From NCBI GenBank assembly GCA_038087875.1, contig CM075990.1:6324001-6388000 (forward strand): DNA of 64,000 nt, written 5' to 3'. The translations under genes and the position numbers were made by a program. Positions 54,901 to 62,100 of this stretch are shown one piece after another. The number at the start of each line of letters is the position of its first letter. Position 1 is the first letter of the stretch. The notes below the pieces were generated by a model that saw only the letters and a list, made by a program, of their open reading frames with translations, was not told where the DNA came from and ran no database searches. The DNA comes from Malacoraja senta (Eukaryota).

Positions 54901-55610
54901 CCATACCCAGTACCAGTGATCCACACCCAGTGCCAGTTTTTCATACCCAGCGCCAGTGTTCCATACCCAGTGGCAGTTCCATACCCAGTACCAGTTCCAT
55001 ACCCAGTACCAGTGATCCATACCCAGTACCAGTGATCCATACCCAGTACCAGTGATCCATACCCAGTACCAGTGATCCACACCCAGTGCCGCGCGAAGAG
55101 CCAATTGCCCCCCCCTCCCCCCTCCCCCCCTCCCGTTCAACGGCCAACGGCCGCTCCGCGTGTCACCCATGCGCTTGCGCCCAGGGGCTGAGTCGGCCGC
55201 CGGCGCGTGAAGCGGCCGTTGGTCGTTGGTCGTTAAGCGGTGGGGGGGGGGGGGGGGGGGATTGGCTCCGCGTGGCGGGGTGGGGGGGGGCGTTGGGGGC
55301 GTTAGAGGGCGCAGCAGCAGTTGGCGCGGGGAGCAGCCGACGGGCGCCAGCACTTGTTGCTTCCCCCTCCCCCTCCCCCTCCCCCCTCACACACACACAC
55401 ACACACAGCCGCTGGGCGGCACAGACGGAGCACAAAGCGCGGCGGCTCCGTCCCCCACCCCCCGCACTTACTTGTCCAACACAAAGTACAGGTCGAACGC
55501 CCCGTGACAGGACGGCTGTTCCCCGGCTCCGTCCTCGGGGCCGGCGGTGGGGGAGCAGCGGACGCCGCCGCCAGCAGCAGCAGCAACAGCGCCGCTCCGC
55601 ACCTCGCCAT
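734..55610 (-). CDS. ANTXR1-like: Anthrax toxin receptor family gene (ANTXR1-type; possibly the ANTXRL ohnolog), 18 coding exons, ~550 aa after a 1-nt correction in exon 1
   Basis: Exons spliced by hand with GT-AG boundaries and sizes 139(+1)/72/72/82/34/80/69/81/61/99/70/79/96/39/96/168/81/234. Motifs: [12 protein letters not shown] (MIDAS DxSxS), [82 protein letters not shown]. Confidence 0.95.
3581..3891 (-). mobile_element. tRNA-derived SINE (elasmobranch HE1/V-SINE-like)
   Basis: Reverse complement of the 12526-12833 copy; B-box GGTTCGATC; CTAAA-type tail. Confidence 0.8.
4791..4815. repeat. (TGC)8 trinucleotide microsatellite, intronic
   Basis: Read directly. Confidence 0.9.
8670..8960 (-). 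mobile_element. Degenerate SINE of a related family
   Basis: Shares cctacacactagg and acagggagaacgtgcaaactcc-like blocks with the other SINE copies. Confidence 0.65.
10531..10728. mobile_element. Palindromic non-autonomous PLE-derived element
   Basis: Inverted arms gacacaaaatgctgg...aatgggtgac / gtcacccatt...tgtgtc; TSD tgttaa(g/a)tctt at 10520 and 10729. Confidence 0.8.
11582..11662 (-). CDS. ANTXR1-like: ANTXR-family exon 17 ([27 protein letters not shown])
   Basis: 81 nt, cag/gtaaga. Confidence 0.95.
12526..12833 (+). mobile_element. tRNA-derived SINE (elasmobranch HE1/V-SINE-like)
   Basis: A-box-like start, B-box GGGTTCGATCC at 12582, CR1-like 3' end and (CTAAA)n tail. Confidence 0.85.
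13022..13189 (-). CDS. ANTXR1-like: ANTXR-family exon 16 ([26 protein letters not shown]...RKWYTPVK)
   Basis: 168 nt, cag/gtattt. Confidence 0.95.
14533..14738. mobile_element. PIF/Harbinger-type MITE
   Basis: ~31-bp TIRs GCCTGTCCCACTTTCACGACCTAATTCACGA / TCGTGAATTAGGTCGTAAAAGTGGGACAGGC with TAA/TTA flanks. Confidence 0.8.
15078..15173 (-). CDS. ANTXR1-like: ANTXR-family exon 15 ([32 protein letters not shown])
   Basis: 96 nt, cag/gttctt (weak donor). Confidence 0.94.
16038..16076 (-). CDS. ANTXR1-like: ANTXR-family exon 14 ([13 protein letters not shown])
   Basis: 39 nt, tag/gtaagt. Confidence 0.92.
17010..18145 (-). mobile_element. CR1-type LINE 3' fragment (RT C-terminus and 3'UTR)
   Basis: Translation KCEVLHFG...[33 protein letters not shown] is typical CR1 ORF2. 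Confidence 0.9.
18291..18386 (-). CDS. ANTXR1-like: ANTXR-family exon 13, transmembrane ([32 protein letters not shown])
   Basis: 96 nt, cag/gtaagc; hydrophobic helix followed by the CC palmitoylation site. Confidence 0.95.
19470..20260 (-). mobile_element. Penelope-like element GIY-YIG endonuclease C-terminal remnant, interrupted by the Harbinger MITE
   Basis: [24 protein letters not shown]|[11 protein letters not shown] once 19508-20006 is removed. Confidence 0.8.
19508..20003. mobile_element. Young GC-rich PIF/Harbinger-type non-autonomous element
   Basis: ~39-bp perfect TIRs AGGGCCTGTCCCACGAGCATGCGACTGCATGCGGCAAGC; TTA TSD at 19505-07 and 20004-06; internal subterminal duplication. Confidence 0.9.
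20329..20407 (-). CDS. ANTXR1-like: ANTXR-family exon 12 ([26 protein letters not shown])
   Basis: 79 nt, tag/gtaagt. Confidence 0.95.
22863..22932 (-). CDS. ANTXR1-like: ANTXR-family exon 11 ([23 protein letters not shown])
   Basis: 70 nt, tag/gtgagt. Confidence 0.95.
25643..25741 (-). CDS. ANTXR1-like: ANTXR-family exon 10 ([32 protein letters not shown])
   Basis: 99 nt, cag/gtgagt. Confidence 0.95.
26640..27900 (+). mobile_element. Degenerate CR1 LINE ORF2 remnant with two nested PLE insertions
   Basis: Frameshifted fragments resembling GNFRPSNL...VVGK and GFVKG; interrupted at 26761 and 27255. Confidence 0.6.
27255..27369 (+). mobile_element. PLE-derived element with hammerhead core (G12A variant)
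   Basis: CTGAAGAAGGGTCTCGACCCAAAACGTC at 27273; 13-bp TSD GGAAAATATAGGG at 27242 and 27370. Confidence 0.8.
31608..31668 (-). CDS. ANTXR1-like: ANTXR-family exon 9 ([21 protein letters not shown])
   Basis: 61 nt, cag/gtaggt. Confidence 0.95.
31848..31928 (-). CDS. ANTXR1-like: ANTXR-family exon 8 ([27 protein letters not shown])
   Basis: 81 nt, tag/gtaggt. Confidence 0.95.
32645..32713 (-). CDS. ANTXR1-like: ANTXR-family exon 7 ([23 protein letters not shown])
   Basis: 69 nt, tag/gtacaa. Confidence 0.95.
32797..32876 (-). CDS. ANTXR1-like: ANTXR-family exon 6 ([26 protein letters not shown])
   Basis: 80 nt, cag/gtaagt, contains the MIDAS Asp (TDG). Confidence 0.95.
32997..33288 (-). mobile_element. 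tRNA-derived SINE
   Basis: Homologous to 3581-3891. Confidence 0.8.
35469..35502 (-). CDS. ANTXR1-like: ANTXR-family exon 5 ([12 protein letters not shown])
   Basis: 34-nt mini-exon as in ANTXR1, cag/gtaatc. Confidence 0.92.
35628..35709 (-). CDS. ANTXR1-like: ANTXR-family exon 4 ([27 protein letters not shown])
   Basis: 82 nt, aag/gtacaa, contains the MIDAS Thr. Confidence 0.95.
35850..36220 (+). mobile_element. CR1 LINE 3' end
   Basis: [32 protein letters not shown]; ctatga tail. Confidence 0.88.
36250..36850 (-). mobile_element. Old Penelope-like element 3' end: ORF C-terminus, 3'UTR, hammerhead-like motif and tail
   Basis: Degenerate EE...IFSLG.L.P..LNI....FR* at ~36695-36790, then CTGATGA-AGTCTTTGACCT-GAAAC at 36380-36355. 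Confidence 0.65.
37312..37383 (-). CDS. ANTXR1-like: ANTXR-family exon 3 ([24 protein letters not shown])
   Basis: 72 nt, cag/gtaaat. Confidence 0.95.
37466..37537 (-). CDS. ANTXR1-like: ANTXR-family exon 2 ([24 protein letters not shown])
   Basis: 72 nt, cag/gtatc boundaries, completes MIDAS DKSGS. Confidence 0.95.
38220..38590 (+). mobile_element. Rex1/Babar-like LINE ORF remnant
   Basis: [12 protein letters not shown]...[26 protein letters not shown] resembles the Rex/Babar EN-RT linker. Confidence 0.6.
39291..39497. mobile_element. hAT-like MITE
   Basis: TIR-like GGGTTCCCAACCT...AGGTTGGGAACCC; atctact(a/c) 8-bp flank duplication. Confidence 0.7.
40045..40176 (+). mobile_element. PLE-derived element with intact hammerhead core
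   Basis: CTGAGGAAGGGTCTCTACCCGAAACGTC at 40052-40079; 11-bp TSD ACCAAATATAG at 40034 and 40177. Confidence 0.8.
40252..40575 (+). mobile_element. tRNA-derived SINE
   Basis: Homologous to 12526-12833. Confidence 0.8.
42082..42543. mobile_element. Palindromic PLE-derived element with a captured local sequence at its centre
   Basis: Inverted arms at 42082-42200 and 42386-42543. Confidence 0.8.
47435..47885 (+). mobile_element. CR1 LINE 3' end with a nested ~75-bp insertion (~47505-47580)
   Basis: [24 protein letters not shown]|RT split by an unrelated fragment flanked by gagtc; the same fragment occurs at ~12835. Confidence 0.8.
48232..48506 (-). mobile_element. PLE 3'UTR/pLTR fragment with a perfect hammerhead core
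   Basis: Minus strand CTGAAGAAGGGTCTCGACCCGAAACGTC at 48321-48294, preceded by a pyrimidine-rich UTR. Confidence 0.78.
48294..48321 (-). ncRNA. Minimal hammerhead ribozyme motif (PLE type)
   Basis: CUGAAGA + A + stem II GGGUC/GACCC + GAAA + palindromic ACGU + C. Stem I is weak and activity is untested. Confidence 0.6.
50020..50623 (+). mobile_element. CR1 LINE 3' fragment
   Basis: [41 protein letters not shown]; (ctattgt) tail; taacttaa on both flanks. Confidence 0.92.
51893..51996 (+). mobile_element. PLE-derived element with hammerhead-like core
   Basis: CTGAAGAAGGATCTCGACCCGAAATGTC at 51902. Confidence 0.75.
52281..52463. mobile_element. Palindromic PLE-derived element
   Basis: Inverted arms; 13-bp TSD CTCCTCAAAGTAC at 52268 and 52464. 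Confidence 0.8.
53640..55090. repeat. Minisatellite, ~20-bp unit CA(C/T)ACCCAG(T/C)GCCAGTGTT(T/C); degenerate copies extend to ~52480
   Basis: Dozens of tandem copies; accounts for the repetitive PVPVFHTQ ORFs. Confidence 0.95.
55472..55610 (-). CDS. ANTXR1-like: ANTXR-family exon 1 (signal peptide [18 protein letters not shown], then [17 protein letters not shown]); 1-nt frameshift as given
   Basis: ATG at 55610; donor AA|gtaagt at 55471. The signal peptide and FDLYFVLDK are in different frames (139 nt present, 140 needed). Confidence 0.88.
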
Positions 55611-55622
55611 TTTCCGCACCTG

Positions 55623-55624
<2 letters not shown>

Positions 55625-55665
<41 letters not shown>
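55625..55665. repeat. (CT)n microsatellite just upstream of the ATG (probably 5'UTR)
   Basis: About 20 CT units read directly. Confidence 0.95.
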
Positions 55666-55667
<2 letters not shown>

Positions 55668-55914
55668 CCGCGCAGTAGATCTGCAGCTCCCGCCGCGGTT
55701 GCAGTTGCAGCCCACGGCTTTTCTGCTGCTGGCTACAAAAACAAAATCCCAACGAATGACTTTGCTCCCCCCACCCCCTAAAATTGGCGTTTTGCGGAGC
55801 AGCGCGTCAGCCCGAGATTGCCCTGCGGTCAGACTGACGTTTGCTCAGCCCATTGCAGAGGCGCCAGCTGCTCGCTGTAGGCAGCCTGGGACCAGACCCG
55901 TCCCGCTCTCTACA

Positions 55915-56310
55915 CTGGCCTGGGATCAGCGCCCTGCACTGGGAGACAGTGCACCCCAGCCTCGGATCAGCGCCCTGCACTGGCAGCCAGTAGACTCCAG
56001 CCTGGGATCAGCTCCCTGCACTGGGAGACAGTGCACTCCAGCCTGGAATCAGCTCCCTGCACTGGGAGACAGTGCACTCCAGCCTGGAATCAGCTCCCTG
56101 CACTGGGAGACAGTGCACTCCAACCTAGGTTCAAAGTCCTGCACTGGTTGACAGTGCACCCCAGTCTGTCATCGGCTTCCTGCACTGGCACCCAGTGCAT
56201 TCTACCTCGGGTCAACCCGCCCCATTCATTGCATTAGCGCCGAGTGTATTCCAACCTGGAATCAGACCTGTTCCGTTCCAAACACTGGGACCCAGTGCAC
56301 CCCAGCGTGG
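55915..56310. repeat. 41-bp minisatellite CTCCAGCCTGGAATCAGCTCCCTGCACTGGGAGACAGTGCA
   Basis: About 3 near-perfect and several degenerate tandem copies. Confidence 0.9.
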
Positions 56311-56442
56311 GATCGGCCCATTCAATTTCTTGCGCTGGCAATCAAGGTTCTCCAGCATGGGACCAGCCCAGTCAGCTTCCTCAACTCGCAAACTCAACCG
56401 TCTCATCTGGGGACAACCTTTTCCCCTTCCTTTCATGACATG

Positions 56443-56890
56443 TTTTACAAGGGTGTTGCCATTTACGAGCATGTTGCCAAGATTCGAGGGCCTGAACTGT
56501 AGATGGAGGTTGGGCAGACTAGGATTTTATTCCTTGGAGCGCAGGAAGCTGAAGGGTGATCTTATAGAGGTGTACAAGATCATGAGTGGAATAGATAGGG
56601 TGAATGCGCAGAGTGTTTACCCAGAGTAGCAGATTCATGAACAGGAGCACAGAGGTGTAAGGTGAGAGAGGAAAGATTTAATAGCAACCTGAAGGGCAAC
56701 TTTTTCCACACAGAGGGTGATGGGTATATGGAATGTGCTGCCAGGGCACGTCGTTGAGGCAGGTACTATAACAGGATTTAACAGGTAAATGGATAGGATA
56801 GGTTTAGAGGGATATGGGCCAAACGCAGGCAAATGGGACTAGTAGAGATGGGGTATCTTGGTCGGCCTAATTTCCACGTTGTATGACTAA
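56443..56890 (+). mobile_element. CR1 LINE 3' fragment
   Basis: [32 protein letters not shown]. Confidence 0.88.
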
Positions 56891-58923
56891 CTCGTTGCAG
56901 TTTAGCCTGCGATCCGCGTTCGTTCATTCCCTGCATTGGCCAAGCAGTGCATTGCAGCTCCCCCACCCGCCCCCCCTTCACTGCGGTGGCAACCAGTGGA
57001 TTGTACCCTGGGACCACCCCCTTCTGCTGACTAAAGGCTGCAGTAAAACCAGTGGATTGCTCATTGCAGCTTGGGTCCAGTCTACGTCCGTTCCTTGCAC
57101 TGGCATCCAAAGAACTGATATAATCTACACAGGCTGTATTATACTGGCTATAGAGTCATACAGCGCCGCTCGGCCCAACTTGCCCACTCCGACCAACATG
57201 CCCGATCTATACAAGTCCCACATGCCGGCGTTTGGCCCACTTTTTTCTAAACTTATCCGATCCATGTACCTGTTTCTTAAACGTGGCGATGTTGTCTTAA
57301 ACGTTGTCAGTGCAAGGGGCAGGACAGCTTTCTGGAATCGATAATAATTTTCAAAGAGAGTTCAATAGGTAATTGAGGTCGGAAAATGTTGAAAGGCTGA
57401 GATGGAGTAAAATGAATGTCTGTCACAGGAAAACACAGTCATAATGGGCCGAATGATCTTCGGTGCCGTGTGTTTTCGTACATTCAGTGCATCAATTGTT
57501 CTACCTAGCCTATACTTTATTTTACTCTCATATCACGGTAAGATTTGTAACAATTTAGCAAGCTTGCACTTTCCTAACCCTCCTTAGTCTTTCATCAATC
57601 ACTTTTTTTCCCCCACAAAGTTATCATCTTTAATCTTCACGTTCATTAATTGAGTAGAATGCGCGTTTTTTAATACATAAGGCTGGATTGCAGGGTTGTG
57701 AATATAATAATTCATGATCAATCATGAAGCTGGTTTTATGACCTTAAGACGCTGGGGTGAAGGACGATATGATATTTCCAAAAATATGCAGAATACTCGT
57801 TAGTAAGAGGGCGTTTGAGAGATAGTGATACAAAATGTATTCGTGAAAAAGTATTATTGTTTTCAATTACACCCAATAAAGATAGTTATCTTTGCATCAG
57901 CCTGAAAAACATTGACATGGATATCCACACGGTGATACACAAATATATCCCCCCACCCCCGCACCGCTGTGACTCTTAAAGCTGAATTTTAATTTATATT
58001 TGTGTACTCGAGTAGATTTTCAAAATGCTATCAGATCAGCCCCTTCCCGGGGCATCTGACGATAATTCATGCAAAACAGAATTATATCAACGGGTTACAG
58101 CTACAGACTCATAAATGACGTGTTACTTTTGAAACATTTGCAATAGCTCACGCCAAATCTAAAGGGTCGCTGCATCTTTGCATTGAGTAGATTAAATGCA
58201 GTTCCATTCAGTCTGTTGCCCCGGTTTCCAACTGAAACATTATCAAGATATTGTTTTCCAATAATGGGATAACCTAAATCAAACTTTCAGCATTTTCAAC
58301 CACAAGTAAATTCGTAAATTATCAGGCATAACGGATTCCCGAAAAGTTTGAACGTTGAAACGCGAATTACTCTGTCATTTTAATTTAGAAGAAACCGATC
58401 AGAATTTACATCGTATATAAATGAACAACTGTTAGTTATATTATCCAGGATAATTGCCAGAATGGACATTAGGCATATCTTTACTTTGAAACGCAAATTG
58501 TGTGTTTTGTGATCATTCTATACATATGTTAAAACACTAGAGATGCATCCAATTCGTCCTAATAACAAACAAACTCATATCAGCGATCTTGCTGAAGGAC
58601 AAGGCGGTTATGAAATGTGTACATAAAATCACATTTGCGCACAAAAGATTGAAAATCAGCTCTGACCCGCTTAGTTACTCCAGCTTTTTGTGTCTATTTT
58701 AGTGAATTGAGGGACTGAACTTCAAACTGGTAGTATTTAGTTAAGAAGAATTCAGTTCTTTCGATGTGTGCGTAACCGTCATCTTATGATCAGTGCATTG
58801 AAATTCCAATGCCATAGAAGAAATGATTTACTTTGCCGTTGCCAACGTGTTAATTTTTTAAGCGCCATTGTGAAATTTTTTCCGCATTTCGCTTTTAAAT
58901 GTAACGCAACTTATACAATTGGA

Positions 58924-59186
58924 CTAGACACAAAATGCTGGAGTAACTCAGCGGGACAGGCAGCATCTCTGGAGAGAAGGAATGGGTGACGTTTCGGGTC
59001 GAGACCATTCTTCAGACAGAGTTACTCCAGCATTTTGTGTCTCCCTTCTTCAGACTGAAGAAGGGTCTCGACCCGAAATGTCACATATTCCTTCTCTCCA
59101 GATATGCAGCCTGTCCCGCTGAGTTACTCCAGTATTTTGTGTCTACCTTCGATTTAAACCAGCATCTGCAGTTCTTTCCTACACAC
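58924..59186. mobile_element. Palindromic PLE-derived element with hammerhead cores on both strands
   Basis: Cores at 59015-58988 (-) and 59055-59082 (+); 14-bp TSD CTTATACAATTGGA at 58910 and 59187. Confidence 0.82.
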
Positions 59187-62100
59187 CTTATACAATTGGA
59201 TTGTTGGTCAGATGGAGTATATATCGCCGTACAACCACCCCATAAACATTAATCAAAAGGGCTGGTTATTTCAGATGTCAAAATGTTCATAGGAATTTTC
59301 TGTCAGGCGTTGACACGCCTTTATTTGGAACGACATCTTTCAAAAGCGATGTTGCTCTTTGAACTGCAGGCATATTTGATTGTGACAAGATATTTGGCCA
59401 TTATGGAAGCTTTTTACATAAGCATGTCGCAGTTGATTATTATATGGAACGAGGTAGACAGTCGACCAGAGCTGTTTGTCGCGGAGTAGCTATTTCGAAT
59501 ATGTACCAATTAAATGCAATCAGATTAGTTTTTAATGCAATATTAAATGATCGATTCTTGGAAAGAAAGAACCAAGAATGTAGTTTATCCTAATGGCCAA
59601 TTGCATTAAAAATCACTTTAAGGAACATATTAGTAACATTTTAACGAATGTTAGACATTACCTGCAGTGAATCGTTTAACAGTCGATTTTATCTGGTTCA
59701 CCGTGACATCTTGATTTCAGGTGAGTTGAAAGATAATCTATTGTATTTTGTAAATCATCACGAAAGGGTGAAGGTGAGAGTTTCTGGCGTGCCCGATTAC
59801 ATAAAATGTTGATAGGAAAAATGTCCCTTTAATTGATACGACAGCTTCCCGGCAGATTGTGCGATTTTGACAGAATAACATAAACGCGATGTCAAATGTA
59901 ACCGATTTCTGGAACTTCAATTCGCCCTGAGCTTGTTTGGACGAGAATTGTAGCAATTGTGCGAACAATAAATAATTTTAAAGCAATTTTAAAATATAAC
60001 GTTTCCCTCAAACAAGTGGTGTTGTTTTCCAATGTGATTAGTGCGCTACGTGGAATTGTATCTTGTTCAACGAATGTTCTTATTAAATCTCCTGGATAGA
60101 AAATTCTTGTGAATGTCAAACAGCCCAGCATTTTACGATGAGCATTAAATGAATTATGTGAGCGCTTTTATCTGGTAGTATTAATCTTAGACAATGCAAC
60201 AATCCGCTATTTTTAAAAATAAATATTAGTACAGAAGGAAATGCTCGTGAATCATCCCAGCAACATCACTTGTTAAAAATGCACAACAGACTCCAAAACT
60301 GTTTATCGCTTCTCAAAATGCATGTTGTAAAATTGAATTCAGCTCCAATAATCACCCACTAAAACCAATGATACACGTAAGACTTCTATCTTTCATTGAC
60401 CAATAGATTTAAGATTAAGTTGTCGAAAACAATAAAATAATATAAATGTTCAGAAAATATATTTTACTAAGCGAAGAAAATCGGAAGATATGAATCTGTA
60501 TAGGATCACGATTATTTCGGACTAACTTCAAATGTTACTTTTCATGCACTTTGTGCAGCAAAACGCTCTACGCGCTTCGTTTCTTCGTCCTCAAATGAAT
60601 CAATTCAGATAAAGTTATTATACCTGACTCGTAATCGCTACTATCGTTTGGAGCATCATAATATTTAGCTCAAGAAGGATTTGCCATAAATATGTAACAT
60701 TTAACATCTGACCTTCCATCGGGTGCTTTAAGCGACCCAAATAGATATTATCATATTCAGTCGTTGTAAATGACATGCAAACAGATTCCATGTATTACAG
60801 AAAATATTGTGCATAAAGCTATTAAATATTGCTTTAATGCACTGCAATTGTTGGTTACCATGCTTTCATTAATAGGGTTGCTCCACATAAACCACCAATG
60901 AAAGTGCCAATTGAGGATGCATGCAAGCGGAAGAGCCCAGGGATTGCTTGGCACGCTTCACTGAACAAATGATCTTGCAAAGGAAAGTGTCTTTTACAGC
61001 GGAGCAAACTGTCATTTCAACGCAGCGCTCACCAGCGTCACTCTCACTTTCAGGAATCAATAGAAATCGCTGCGACCAAAGAAGCTTCTACCTGAAGGGG
61101 AAATTGAAGAATCGATTCCAAAGAACCATCGACTGGCATTGGTAAATGAAAAGCAGGCTTGTGTCTGTCTGTGGATTCCTACTGTCTTTAGGTATCTAAT
61201 ATGACTGTACATGGCTGAATTATTCTGATGAACCTTTCCGTTCTGATCAACAGTCATGTTTTAAAGGGTTGAATCTAAGATTAAACTAAATAATGTTGGG
61301 GATAGCAAACTATCAAAATGTTTAGATGCTTCTTTTAATCGCTGCATTGTTTATTTAATCAAATATATTTAATAGACCAGCGACCATTATAATAATGTAG
61401 TGTTTGATATGGTTAAATCGCGATTATTCCGCCACGATTAAGAGCTACATTGATCTTGAATATCAATTCGTAACACGCAACTGCTGTTTACAAATATTTT
61501 TAAATATCTATATTTAAATCACTCCAAACAATCCGAGCGGTAACTAATGATCGCCGTTGATTACGCGCAACGTGGCGATTCTAAACATGATAATTACTGG
61601 TGATGGTGGAAAAGAAAGGCCGGAACTAACAGGCAGGCAGATGGACAGACAATGGGGATCAGTCTCACTGAGCTGATATGCATCAAATGAACAATCCCTT
61701 GACTTTCCTCTCAAACACAATGGACGAGAAAGAGAGAGAGAGAGGTAGAGAGGGGGGGGGGGGGAGATGTGGAAAGAAAGAGGGAGAGAAAAACGCATTC
61801 ACCCAGATCGCTTCGACTTTTGTCAGCGTTTAGACCAGTCACTTTGCCAGTTTCAATCAGATCACCGTGAAGAGGCACCAAACAGTGCCAACCACAACAC
61901 GGCTTAAATGCTGAAAGCAACCTAATAACTTAGCAATAAGTTCTCATCCCTAAATTTGGCTTTGAAAACAGCGGCTATTCAGTGGGAAATATTTAGATTT
62001 AGATTGCTTCCAACAGTCTGAAGTATCCTCGGATGTATACTAAAAACAATGATGTTGATGCTTGCATCTTCGTGTCAAATTGATTTTACACGCGTGTCAC

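Larger units (their letters stand above)
55088..55900. promoter_or_regulatory. CpG island / promoter and exon 1 region of the ANTXR-family gene
   Basis: Very GC- and CpG-rich against an AT-rich background; CCAAT motifs near 55101, 55261 and 55783; spans the start codon. Confidence 0.8.

Noticed and set aside
53649-55082. Long overlapping ORFs with PVPVFHTQ / WVWNTG repeats
   Set aside because: They arise from a ~20-bp minisatellite lacking stop codons; several frames on both strands are open and there is no splice or homology support.
734-55610. Calling the gene ANTXR2 because it neighbours a PRDM8-like gene
   Set aside because: Exon structure (34+80 nt), vWA residues and the Pro-rich tail are ANTXR1-type, and the neighbour is not a close PRDM8 match.
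55468-55752. TTG-initiated 94-aa ORF as the true ANTXR N-terminus
   Set aside because: It has no signal peptide and runs through the (GA)n microsatellite; a 1-nt indel after the ATG-led signal peptide is more parsimonious.
55990-56120. Iron-responsive element (CAGUGN loop) in the 41-bp repeat
   Set aside because: The flanks do not form the 5-bp upper stem with a bulged C, and the region is probably upstream of the transcript.
55086-56151. 231-aa and 276-aa plus-strand ORFs
   Set aside because: Stop-poor GC-rich island and microsatellites; they are antisense to the real exon 1 and have no domain features.
53640-56310. CRISPR-like array
   Set aside because: Units are directly tandem with no unique spacers, no cas genes are present, and the context is vertebrate.
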